Shown: one piece after another, positions 37,831-48,767 of the stretch
Layout: every line of letters starts with the position of its first letter
How positions within the stretch are numbered: position 1 is the stretch's first letter
From: Aplysia californica
Lineage: Eukaryota
Assembly (NCBI RefSeq): GCF_000002075.1
Contig: NW_004798421.1
Location: 2,513 to 55,056 of the forward strand
Direction of reading: 5' to 3'
DNA length: 52,544 nt
Made by a program: the position numbers and the translations under genes
Notes under the pieces: model-generated
Told to the model about the DNA's origin: nothing
Database searches by the model: none
What the model saw: only the letters and a program-made list of their open reading frames with translations

Positions 37831-37998
37831 CTGCTCCCCCTGCTTCGATAATCTTGACGTTCTTGCCGAGCGCCTCCTCCGCCACCTTGATCACGTCGCC
37901 CGCGTGGCTCCGAGACACGATGAAGCTATGCTCCTCCCCGCTCTTCTGTGTTCCCTGAACCAGGGACTTTGAATGACCATAGCCGTCCCACGCCCAAA
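37831..37998 (-). CDS. BPNT2: BPNT2/IMPAD1 exon 4
   Basis: (I)WAWDGYGHSK...FIVSRSHAGDVIKVAEEALGKNVKIIEAGGA(G), with SRSH and GGAG motifs. cccag acceptor, G|gtacgt donor. Confidence 0.93.
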
Positions 37999-38191
37999 CT
38001 GGGGAACAATATTGTACACATTATAACAATAGACAGCATTTGTAGAGCGCAAATCCACAATCAACAGCAAGCTCTATGAGCTTCACAATCTATACTATTA
38101 CCCCAGCAGACCTGACAGCATTCTGAAACAACCTCAACTTCTTGGGAAGCATACAGTGCAAGCTGCCATTTTTATTGGCGCTAAAACACTA

Positions 38192-39784
38192 CACGGCGCA
38201 CCGGCAGTGGAATTTTAGTTGCCGCGGGGGGTTCCCCGCCGGGCGCCTTATCACGTCAGGGTCACGGGGGTCAGCTCCCTGTCGCCGCTCTGTCTGGGCC
38301 GACTTAATTTTTGGTACTTTTCAACGTACAATTTAAGGTGTATCCTTGTATTTATGGTAATTCTCATTTAATGCACCCAAAGCACGCATTTCTGCTCTTG
38401 ATACTCAAAAAAGAACGGACGTTGTAACTTGTCTGGTTATTTCGTTAGACGCGCTGGAGTCGGCAATGCTAAATTGTAATTTTTTTGGGACTAGCGTGAA
38501 TGAAAAAAAATCAATATAAAAAAAACGCATCGTCAAAATCTGTCGAACTTTTGGAATATGAACGACATAACATTAGTCCAGATACTCAGAAAAGATGGTA
38601 TCTGCGCTTATAATAGAAGGCTGTAATTTTGCAATTTTATCCATCGGGCACACAATTCGCTACGAAGTAATTCCTCCAAATACAACTTTATGTGTCTAAT
38701 ATAATCATGAATATTCGCATATTTTCTCGAAAGTTTATAAAAGTTACCATGAAGTTTCTCTATGAAAAGTACAAATCGATTTTAGTGCTAGAATACATCT
38801 TCGACGTAGATCTAATACACGAACAGTATCTGTTACACTCCAGAAATTGCTTACTTTTCTTAAAACGCTAAGTCTAGGTTTTGTAAGTTGACTGAATAAT
38901 AAGGATGACTTCTCGTAATTGGGTTATAAGAATAGTTTCTAGCTTTCCAGGGACACTGAATCAGCACCAGACTTTTCCAGCTTTTTTTACGTTTCTATGA
39001 CCATTTTGCAATAACTGACAATGTGACTGATTTCTTTACATTCATAATTGTGTCCGCGCATATTTTCTACACAAAAACTAAGAATAATGAATGTTTTAGC
39101 TGTCATTATTTTTATTCCATACTAGAAGTTTATCTCTACCCATGTATTTACACGGCTTTGTGGTTTTTTAAATCGCTTATATTATATCTTTTTAGTTGTA
39201 CACAGGCTGCCACAGACACAGCATGATTCATGAACAAACGCAGAGTAACTGTCTCTTGTTTAATAGTAAAATAAGAGCTAACGCTGATCGTCTTTAGTTA
39301 AAATATGCAGATGTGCATCTTTCTTCTCTTATAACTTGACTATTACTACTCGCGCAGATTTAAGATTTCTCATGGTAAAAGACATGATATTCGTAGTCAG
39401 TTTAACACAGAATTTGGAGAGATCTGTCGTGCCTTTTTTTAAATAACAATCATTTATTCATAACTTTGTAACTAAAATAGGACAAATTGGGTACTCTACA
39501 AACACTTGTCTAGAACAAAAACTAAGACACAGAAACTAACCATTCTAACGCAGAATAAATCTCAAGACATTGAGCTTTTAGTACATCCACGTAATGGTTT
39601 GCTGTGTGGGATGGGGAAGAAGTTATATCGTTTTAAACATAGTCAAAAATGCGAACTTCCCGACCGACACCGGCAAAGTCGCCTCAGGGCTCATTAACCC
39701 CGTGACCCCGAGCCGGGGAGCTCCAGCGGGCTGCTGAGTCACGCTGACTAAAAGTAACAGAATCGGGCGAAAAGTGACGCCGTG
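38192..39784. mobile_element. Non-autonomous Chapaev-like (CMC) DNA transposon, copy 1
   Basis: Termini CACGGCG...CGCCGTG, 4-bp TSD ACTA (38188-38191 and 39785-39788). It splits a SINE and is homologous along its length to 43718..46334. Confidence 0.8.
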
Positions 39785-41231
39785 ACTAACATACTGACAA
39801 GATCTTTCCCTGTCTATGGCCGGATACCAATTCTCTGGGTGAAGAGGGGAAAATTCATGTAAAGTGCCTTTCCAAGGACACAAAGTCGGGCCTGCGGCTC
39901 GAACCCCCGAACCCGCAACCTCACGATTACGAGTCCTGTAGCGTAACCACTAGACCACCGACAACCTTACGATTACAAGTCTGGTAACCTAACCACTAGA
40001 CAATCGACAACCTCGGTTGGCGGTTTTCCGACTATTGGCGGGCGATTTACATGTTTGCACTAACACTTGTAAAATAAAAAAAAGAGCCAAAAATATTTTT
40101 TTTATAGATCTAGCCAAAAATCTGCTGACGGGAAATAATCGTAATAAATCGCCTTACGATCAGAATTTCTTAGTGAGGCTAAAAAATCGTAATCATTACG
40201 AAAAAAACAGAATGCTTGGCAGCCATGCAGCAGCCCAACATTTCAATTTGAGCCGACACGCTGTCTCCATCTAGCCATCTCGTGACACATTTCCCTCCCT
40301 GGCTCTTCCATAGCGTCACTTTCCACATCTATTCTATATTTGGCGACTTGGAAACACACGTGTCATTTTTCCCATAAAACTACGACAGCTACAGAGTTGA
40401 AAGTTGGCAAGTACCTGCAAAAAGATAGATATGTCCCCATGACGAGCCCGATTTTTTTTATTTATTCATTTCCTGAATTTAGAGAAATATATTTGACAAA
40501 AAGTTCCCGTCCTTCTTTGGCCTTTGTGATTATTCCACTGAGAAACGACACAAATCTGCATAGCTGTCCTTCACAACGGAAGTACCGGTACGTAGCTGTC
40601 CTTAACAACGTAAGTGCCGGAAGTGTATTTCACGAGGCGCATTTTGTTTTGAGAGTATAGATCTAGACCTTCTAATTTTTTAACCTCTCAAGATTGCTCC
40701 TTTCCAGTAAAGCGTAAATATAGTAGGCCAATGACTTTCAGTTGATGTTAATGCACCGATCATTCCTTTCATCGAAAGGGGGCCCAACTAGTTCTCTATA
40801 TTCCCCATCTTTCTAATAATCTCTGAAAACTTGCACATCTAAGTCAAAAACTGAAATTTCTGCCGTTATAAAATTATTTTGTTGAGAGCATGTTATCCTC
40901 TGCGAGAGTACACCTATGCTTATCAATAGCTCGCAAGCTTGGTAATAAATTAATACTACTAAATTCGGTACAGCCATGCCCATTTTTTGTATTCACAAAT
41001 ATTCATCTAGGCTGTGTTTGCGGCTAAATCTTCGATCAAGAGACTCTGAGCCAGATGACTGGCGTGACAAACATGTAACGTCTTACAGGCAACCACAGAC
41101 GGCAACTTTCGCCAACTTCCATGACGTCCATACTACAGCAAAAAGCAAAAAGTTCCGCATTTTTGTCCTGCACCAGGTACGACAAACGGAAATGAAGTGG
41201 AGAAAAAAAAACAACATAAAAAAACACTTAC

Positions 41232-41327
41232 TCGTTTCTTTTTCAAAAGGTCTGTTGATCACACCAATCTTGGGCTCTCCGTCCACCACCACGCATACCA
41301 TAGTTGTCACATATTGTAAAAGGTCCT
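41232..41327 (-). CDS. BPNT2: BPNT2/IMPAD1 exon 3
   Basis: (E)[31 protein letters not shown]. ttgcag acceptor, A|gtaagt donor, phases consistent. Confidence 0.93.
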
Positions 41328-41439
41328 CTGCAACAGAAAACACACATCATTTCTAGTTCACTAAAACCTGTTAGAAACGACTGACATCACATTGTGGTCA
41401 TGACTTGTCTCCACACACAAAGGCGCTTTACACTTTGCA

Positions 41440-41586
41440 GTCACACAGCCAGCAGTGCCAAACACCCCATCTGGTCACCCAGCCAGCAGTGCCAAACACC
41501 CCATCTGGTCACCCAGCCAGCAGTGCCAAACACCCCTTCTGGTCACACAGCCAGCAGTGCCAAACACCATCTGGTCACCCAGCCAG
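41440..41586. repeat. Tandem repeat, about 35 bp, 4 copies
   Basis: CAGCCAGCAGTGCCAAACACCCCATCTGGTCAC. Confidence 0.85.
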
Positions 41587-42465
41587 GAGAGTCACTGAAA
41601 CAGACCTCTCGGGCCTGGCACAGAAGCGCTCCAGGTGACCGGAACGGATCATTTTCACCGGCGCATTATTGCGCCAAGTGACTGCAAAGTGTTAAATCCA
41701 ATTACATCACCCTACCAACTGGCTCTATTCCGAGAATACATGCATCTTAAAAAATCAAAGCCCCCGGCCCCAAACATAGCCAAATTAATGTCGACATGAC
41801 AACTGAATACTTTTTTTCCTACATGTTTACAAATGTTTATGTGGGTAGAAAGGTGTTCATGAAGAGGGGAAAAATGAAGGATCCGTGGAAACTATGATCA
41901 CAATACAAAAACTAGTTGTCCGGTTTGGACGATTGACGAGGATTACACAGCCATAGCCATATTGGCGACGGTGGTGGAGAGCTCTTTATCTCCGGAGGAA
42001 TTTCCCACTCTGCCAGAGCTCTCTTCTAGTAAACCTGAGAGTCAGAAACATGTCGGTAACTAAACTACACTGGTCATTTAACCAAAACAAATGAACCTAC
42101 TGTCATAGTTCTTCATCTACCTACAGAACACCCTCTAAGAGATACCCATTTCAGCAATTGATGAAAATTACTACAATGTTGGTGAAAAGGAATCTGACAG
42201 AGTCGCTGGAAGCAGTATGCTGTAAGATAAAGAGGTTTTCTTTTTTTTAAAGTAATATTTATTTTTATATTTTTATTATAAATATGAAATTTACAAAAGG
42301 AACAAAATGTACAGCAGACCTGAGAAAATGCAGCAATGGGACGAGAAGACAAGTTCAACAAAAATATCTCACTGCTGCTGTCAAGGATAGCTGAAATAGT
42401 TTTCAACAGAGCACTTCAGAATGAGAAGGCTAAAAAGAAAACTACAGAATGTACGGTAGCCTAAC

Positions 42466-42631
42466 CTGTATACTCCTTCGTCGCATCTAGTGGGTCAATC
42501 CATATTGCTATCCGGCTGATAGGAATTGACTGATCACTCTTGATAACATCCTCAACTTCTTGCCGCTTTGTTTCAACCCCGGTGATTTGGTTGAAGTCGA
42601 CAGGTTTCATGTCGTGCTCTTCAGAGATCAC
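42466..42631 (-). CDS. BPNT2: BPNT2/IMPAD1 exon 2
   Basis: VISEEH...IWIDPLDATKEYT, containing the IMPase metal-binding SEE and DPLDAT motifs. ttccag acceptor, G|gttag donor. Confidence 0.95.
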
Positions 42632-42780
42632 CTGGAACATTGTGGGGAGCACACAGCATTAGATACACCAGTCACTCTCTGAACATGAGCGGGGCCAGAG
42701 GGCCTCCTTTTCTTCCATCTCCGACAAATATCAGTCTGAAGGATTAGTCATGACAGAGAAATGTTCAACAAGAATATATA

Positions 42781-43219
42781 TGTGAGGCAGCGTGGTGAAA
42801 TCAGGCGCTCATCAAAATACACAACTCGGAGAAACAGGTATTTTTCTCCCAGTTTGGACCTCTTTATTAAATTGTTATTTTTTGTCTCAACTTCTTTATG
42901 TCCATATATAAAAACACATTTATTTCCATTTGAATTTAATTGAAAAACATTGGTTAAAGGCACAAAATGTGTCATTTTTCTGTTTTTAAGGACTCTTTAG
43001 CTAAAGAGTTACCAAACTTTGACGGCCTTTTTACCGTCATTTTCACTTCTGAGACCAGGCAATTTCCACCTCCTTTAATCACAAATATTTCGACTTGTTT
43101 TCAAGATAAATTGATAATTTTTTCATCAATAGCAAGACAGATGAAAAAAGATGATAGCAATAACACCATATATATGCCCAAAAATTGACGAGCACCTGAT
43201 TCCACCACGTCGAGACACA
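42781..43219. mobile_element. MITE, same family as 4021..4455
   Basis: TIRs and internal similarity, TA flanks. Confidence 0.65.
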
Positions 43220-43717
43220 TATGGCTATGAGGCAACATCAACTCAGATTCTGAAGCTGAAACTGAACACAGACTTTATTAGTGCTGAACAGATACAGGAG
43301 TCAGGAAACGACACGTTCTCTGAAAAACGCTCCATTTGAATATATATGTGGATCTGGTCTGACCGAGTGAGTGGGTGAATGTTTGTATAGCTCTCACTCT
43401 CTTTTTTTATCTATTTCTTTCTCGTTGTCCTTATCTGAGAATGCATGTGTGTCAGTGTGTGTGATTAATAGTATGTGTGAAAGCATAGAAATATTTGCAG
43501 TTATTCAACAATTTTAAATCTTTGTAACATAAAATAATAAGTTTTTTAAATACAAAAAATGGGCTCAACCTTTGAATTTAGGAAGTGAACTAAAAAGTAT
43601 TCCTCGCCCAAAATTATACAAAAAATAACAATTCTAACTTATATAATTACTAATAACTCGAGCATACTGATTTCATACTGCTGTGTTTACAATGTAGAAA
43701 ATGCCTTTTATTTATCT

Positions 43718-46334
43718 CATGGCGCACCAGCGGTGGAATTTTAGTTGCCGCGGGGGGTTCCCCGCCGAGCGCCTTATCACGTCGAGGTCACGGGGGTCAG
43801 CTCCCTGTCGCCGCTCTGTCTGGGCCGACTTAATTTTGGGTACTTTTCAACGTAGTTTTAGGTGTATCCTTGTATTTATGGTAATTATCATTTAATGCAC
43901 CCAAAGCACGCATTTCTGCTCTAGAGACCCAAAAAAACAACGGACTTTGCAGCTTGTCTGGTTATTTCGTTAGACGCGCTGAAGTCGGCAATGCTAAATT
44001 ATAACATTTTTTGTACAAGTGAGAATGAAAAAAAATCAACATAAAATAAAAAGCGCGACAAAAATGTCGAACTTTTGGAACATGAACGGCATAGCAATGG
44101 TGCAGATACTCAGAAAAGATGGAATCTGTGCATATTATAATAGGAAGCTGTAATTTTTCAACTTTATCCATCTCGCACACAATTCGCTATGAAGTAATTC
44201 CTCCAAATACAACTTTTTTTAATGTGTCTAATATAATCTGAAATATTCGCATATTTTCTCTAAAGTTTATCAAAATTATCCTAATGTCTCCTAATGAAAA
44301 AGTGTAAACTGATTTTAGTGCCAGAATCTACAACTCTTACAACAATGTAATACACGAACAGTAGGCAATCAGTTACACTCCATAAATTATTCCTGATATT
44401 TTTCTTAAACACTAGATCTAGGTTTTGTAAGTTGACTGAATAACTCGGATGACTTCTTGTGATTGTATAAAATTTATAAAAATAATTTCTAGCTTTCCTG
44501 AGACACTGAATCAGCAAGGCTTTTCCAGCTTTTATTTTCATTTCTATAAAAACCATTTGCAATAACTGACAATGTTCTGATTTTATTACATTCATAATGA
44601 TAAGTGTCCGAGCATATGTCCAACACAAAAACTAAGAATGAATGTCTGTCATTATTTTTATCAAGCCGAAGTGATTATTCGGACTCGAGTCCGAATATGA
44701 AAAAATGTTATTCGGACTCTGATTCTTGTCCAGCATGACATCACTTCCGACTTCCTGTGACTCGTGAATCCGGCTTCCTGTCCTGCCTCACTCGTGACTC
44801 GCCTCAGGCTGGGTAGAGACCGGGATCACTTCGGGCAAAATGGCGTTTTGTGCAGGAGCGGAGTTTTTATCTTACGATGAATTTGAGGCCGGCCTGAAAA
44901 GTTATAGCGCTTCTAATAAATGTTTATTTGTCAAGAGGTCATCAGAAGCAATTAAAGATGGCTCGTTAGCATGTGTCGGGGTCGGATGGGCGGCCGGCAC
45001 ACGTGTGGCTGTGTGCGTGTCGGGGAGGGTGGTGGGGGGCACTATCGGTCCGGGCTTTGAACGTCGCATAAGCGTCGGTCTTTTCCCCCCTGGCAACTTA
45101 TCATTATTACAATAATAAGCTAGTCTTGACATAGATCTACGTAATGAATACGTAATGAATTGTGCGCTGGTCTATGGAATCAAAAGTTGCCGTATGCTCG
45201 GCTCTACACAGCAACACAACTTTTTCTTGGTAAACAATCGATATGACACAGGCTTGTGTATTTGAACGAATCGGTCTTTTTTTTTTTTTTACACAGCTCA
45301 TAATATGCCAGGTGGTCTGCTAATCTTCAATTTTACCTTTTTCTACAACAATGAAAGTGGGAAACGTGGGGGGGGGGGGGGGGAGGCGTATCAATGAGGC
45401 GGCGGGCATTGGATCGGCAGATAAGGTGTGGGGAAAACTAAAAAATGGCCGAAAATTGGAAGCACTGAACGTTAGATCTATAGAACGAAGACACTTCCTT
45501 TTTTCCGGACCCGAGTCCGAATAACATTTTTTCATATTCGGACTCGAGTCCGAATAAGAATTTTTTTTATTCTGACTCGAGTCCGAATAACGATGGCCTA
45601 TTTTTATTCCATACAAGAAGTTCATCTCTACCCATGTATTAACACACTTTTTTGTGTTTTTAAGAAATCTTATAATAATAATATTAAAATATATAGATCT
45701 ATTTAGATCTATATATATATATATATATCTTTCTTAGTTGTATGCAGGCTGCCACAGACACTGCATGATTCATGAACAAACACAGAGTAACTTTCTCTTG
45801 TTTAATGGTAAAACAAGAGCTAGCACTGAGTGTCTTCAGATAAAAAATGCAGATGTGCATCTTTCTTTTCTCAACTTGACTATTACTACTCGCGCAGATA
45901 TAAGATTTCTCATGGTAAAAGACATGATATTCGTAGTCAGTTTAACCCAGATTTTGGAGAGATCTGTCATGCCTTTTAAAAACAAACAATCTTTTATTCA
46001 TAAGTTTGTAACTAAAATAGGACAAATTGGGTACTCTACAAACAATTGTCTAGAACAAAAACTAAGGCTCAGAAATTAACCATTCTAACGAAGAATAAAT
46101 CTCAAGACATTTGAGCTTTTAGAACATGCGCATAATGGTGTGCTGTGTGGAATGGGGAAGAAGTTATTTTCGTTTCAAACGTAGACAAAAATGCGAACTT
46201 CTTAACCGACAGCGGCAAAGTCGCTCCAGCGCTCATTAGCCTCATGACCCCGAGCCGAGGAGCTCCGGCGGGCTGCTGAGTCACGCTAACTACTAAACTT
46301 AAGGTAACAGAATTGGGCGAAAAGTGATGCCATG
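43718..46334. mobile_element. Non-autonomous Chapaev-like DNA transposon, copy 2, carrying a nested insertion
   Basis: Termini CATGGC...GCCATG, 4-bp TSD ATCT (43714-43717 and 46335-46338). Colinear with copy 1 except for insert 44662..45598. Confidence 0.8.
44662..45598 (+). mobile_element. Mutator-like (MULE) deletion derivative nested in Chapaev-like copy 2
   Basis: 9-bp TSD TATTTTTAT (44653-44661 and 45599-45607). Terminal repeats of the palindrome TATTCGGACTCGAGTCCGAATA. ORF 44840 begins MAFCAGAEFLSYDEFEAGLKSY...CLFVKRSS, resembling a FAR1/MuDR/ZSWIM3-type N-terminus. Confidence 0.65.
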
Positions 46335-47030
46335 ATCTCAATCTGGCATTTTTTCTCCATTCTTTAGCGTGGTATGGATCAGACTAGACTCTAGTGCTGT
46401 GTGATTTTGAGGAAACAAAAATTCATCGAAGCGTGAGCTAACTATTCATGCTATTCGAACACCTCTGTCGAATGGTTTTTTCTTGTATAATGATAGACCC
46501 ACACCTAACTCCTAACTTCCACTATTCAACATTACATTCACTAGCTATCCACAGCGTCGTTGAATAGCTTTTTCTATATAATATAGGCTATGATAAGCCT
46601 AGACCTAACTTCCGCTATTCGGAGTGCTGTCGAATTGTTTTTCTCCTAGATCTATATGATATAGAATCTAGATCTAGATTTCTAAGTCCATCACTTTCAC
46701 AGCGCCAGTCACTGAGCGCGCGTGTGTTGTTGATGTTTACAGTGCAGTGTGACGACATGACATCACCGTTAACAGCGTTTCGAATGCTTAGGGAAAGGGG
46801 AGTAGTACTCTAGCTAGATCTAGATTAGATCTAGATCTATATCTAGATAATCTAGATCTAGATCTAGATCTAAACTAGATCTAGTCTATAGAATTATAAT
46901 ATAACATAGAAATAGAGTAGAGTGTGTCACAGTCACAATTCTAGCAGGCGCCGCCATAAACTTTGCACCACAACCATTATTAATCAGTTTATAACACAAA
47001 AGAGAAAGTGATGGAACTAACTGCACTTAC

Positions 47031-47354
47031 CTTTATGCTCGGGTACATCTTTGAAAATCCATAAAATATAGCTTTGTGGGATTCTAAATCACCGCTTGTC
47101 AACATTTCATCGACACCTTCTTTGGTCTTTCCTTTGACAGCTTCATTCAGTTGCTTTGAGTCGTGTATCGCCTTGACTCTGTCTCCTCCTTTTTCAGCTA
47201 GTCCTATGCTTACAGCTAAAAGCTCTTTCATGCTAACTCTTTGTTCTCTGCGAAACAAGTCAGGCATTCCAAATAAGTAAAACAAACTAAGAATAAGACC
47301 AATTACAAAAATTACAACCCCAACGGGATTCAGACGAACGTTTACAGGCGCCAT
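47031..47354 (-). CDS. BPNT2: Golgi PAP phosphatase / inositol monophosphatase 3, coding exon 1
   Basis: MAPVNVRLNPVGVVIFVIGLILSLFYLF (type II membrane anchor), then VSMKELLAVSIGLAEKGG and KGKTKEGVDEMLTSGDLESH, typical of IMPAD1. Donor AAG|gtaagt. An alternative in-frame ATG lies at 47384. Confidence 0.92.
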
Positions 47355-47812
47355 GCTGGCAACTACGTGTAAAGCTACTAGCATACAAGGTTTCGCTTTT
47401 TAGAACCAAAACATGCAAATTTTCTGTTCAAGTTTTACAGTCTACTACTTTTTGTCATTAAAAAAAAATGTTTCACAGGCCATAATAAAATAATAGAAAA
47501 ACAGCAAAATATATTCGAAAATATATGTAAACAGTGAAAGAGTAGAATGCCAAGTTGTATGTTTGTTGTTCTGATTCAGTATTCGATTAATTCTTCACCT
47601 ACAGCCACATAAAAAGAAAATTCTACATAATTCCGATTGTATTTTTAAAATTCGTCATCATAAACCATCCAGCAAGTTAATAAAATTAATAATTGTACAA
47701 AAATAGGCTAGAATGAAGTTTTCATGTCAAACTGTGTCGTAATTGGCAATAAACTTTGAGACTGTAATCTGGTAATACGGAAACGGTCATCATATCATCC
47801 ATTTCCAACGAA
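47355..47812. promoter_or_regulatory. Bidirectional promoter region between BPNT2 and UBE2W
   Basis: Divergent start codons only about 460 bp apart. Confidence 0.65.
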
Positions 47813-47827
47813 ATGACTTCTATGGAA
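47813..47827 (+). CDS. UBE2W: Ubiquitin-conjugating enzyme E2 W, coding micro-exon 1 (MTSME)
   Basis: ATG ACT TCT ATG GAA|gtatgt. Parallels vertebrate MASMQ|KRLQKEL and joins the next exon in phase 0. Confidence 0.7.
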
Positions 47828-48225
47828 GTATGTTGTATACATAGATAGATAATCTACTAATTAATTGCTGGACAATTTACTCGCATTATACGTTTGTATG
47901 AACAGGAGTCTAGATTTAGATCTAAATCTATGTCTATTTTAGATTGATGTTGAATGCAAACAAGTAGGCATGTTCGCATACACATTTAATTCTGAGTCCC
48001 GTGACTTGCATCGAAAGTCAAAGACACGAAAAGACTGATAGACTGTAGACACCCCTTCTTCTAGAGATTCTAGATCTAGATCTAGTTGACTCTAGAATCT
48101 ATCCGTTCCAGCCTTCTGGCCTCTTCTTCCCTGCCTGTCGTCTAAGTCTAAACTAGTCTAAAGTGACAAAACTATCTTGAATCTTAGTCCTAAGTCTTGG
48201 AGGCTTGATCATGTTATTAATTTAA

Positions 48226-48767
48226 GGAGTGTCTACACGTACACGGTAACTGCAACTGGGCACGTAGTCTCAGTGTCACATACGCAGTAACCAGGCATGT
48301 AGCCTCAATATCTACGTACACAGTAACCGGCAACCGGGCATGTTGTCTCAGTGTCACGTACACGGTAACCGGGCAGTTCAGAACTCCAAGTTCAGATTTT
48401 GTCATCCTGTGTTGCTTTCATCCCCACCCCTTCCCCGACTGTACCTTTAAAAAAAATAAATAATCCCCCCTTTCTGGAGCCCTATACTTCGCAGCGTAAA
48501 AGTACAGACTTTGAATGAACTTTGGTGACCCCAACCGGTACTCACAATGTGATGCATATGCGCAGGTTCACTGACTGGTCACGATGGCGAGCCCGCCAAG
48601 ACGTATGACTTTCTTTTTTTTTCAGGCAGTGACAGCCAGGACAAATAATGATTTATTTTCATTCCGGTTACTGCGTACGTAGATACTGAGACTAGGCGCC
48701 CGGTTACCATGTACGTAGATACTGAGACTAGGCCTAGGCGCCCGGTTACCGTGTTTGTAGACACTCC
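48226..48767. mobile_element. MITE with TIR GGAGTGTCTAC and subterminal tandem repeats
   Basis: GGAGTGTCTACA...TGTAGACACTCC. Repeated GGTAACC/CTCAGT units are inverted between the two arms. TSD imperfect (TAA/ATA). Confidence 0.5.

Noticed and set aside
38192-39784. RAG-like/Transib transposon with RSS-like CAC termini
   Set aside because: The TSD is 4 bp rather than 5 bp, there is no heptamer-spacer-nonamer arrangement and no RAG1/2-like coding sequence. Chapaev fits better.
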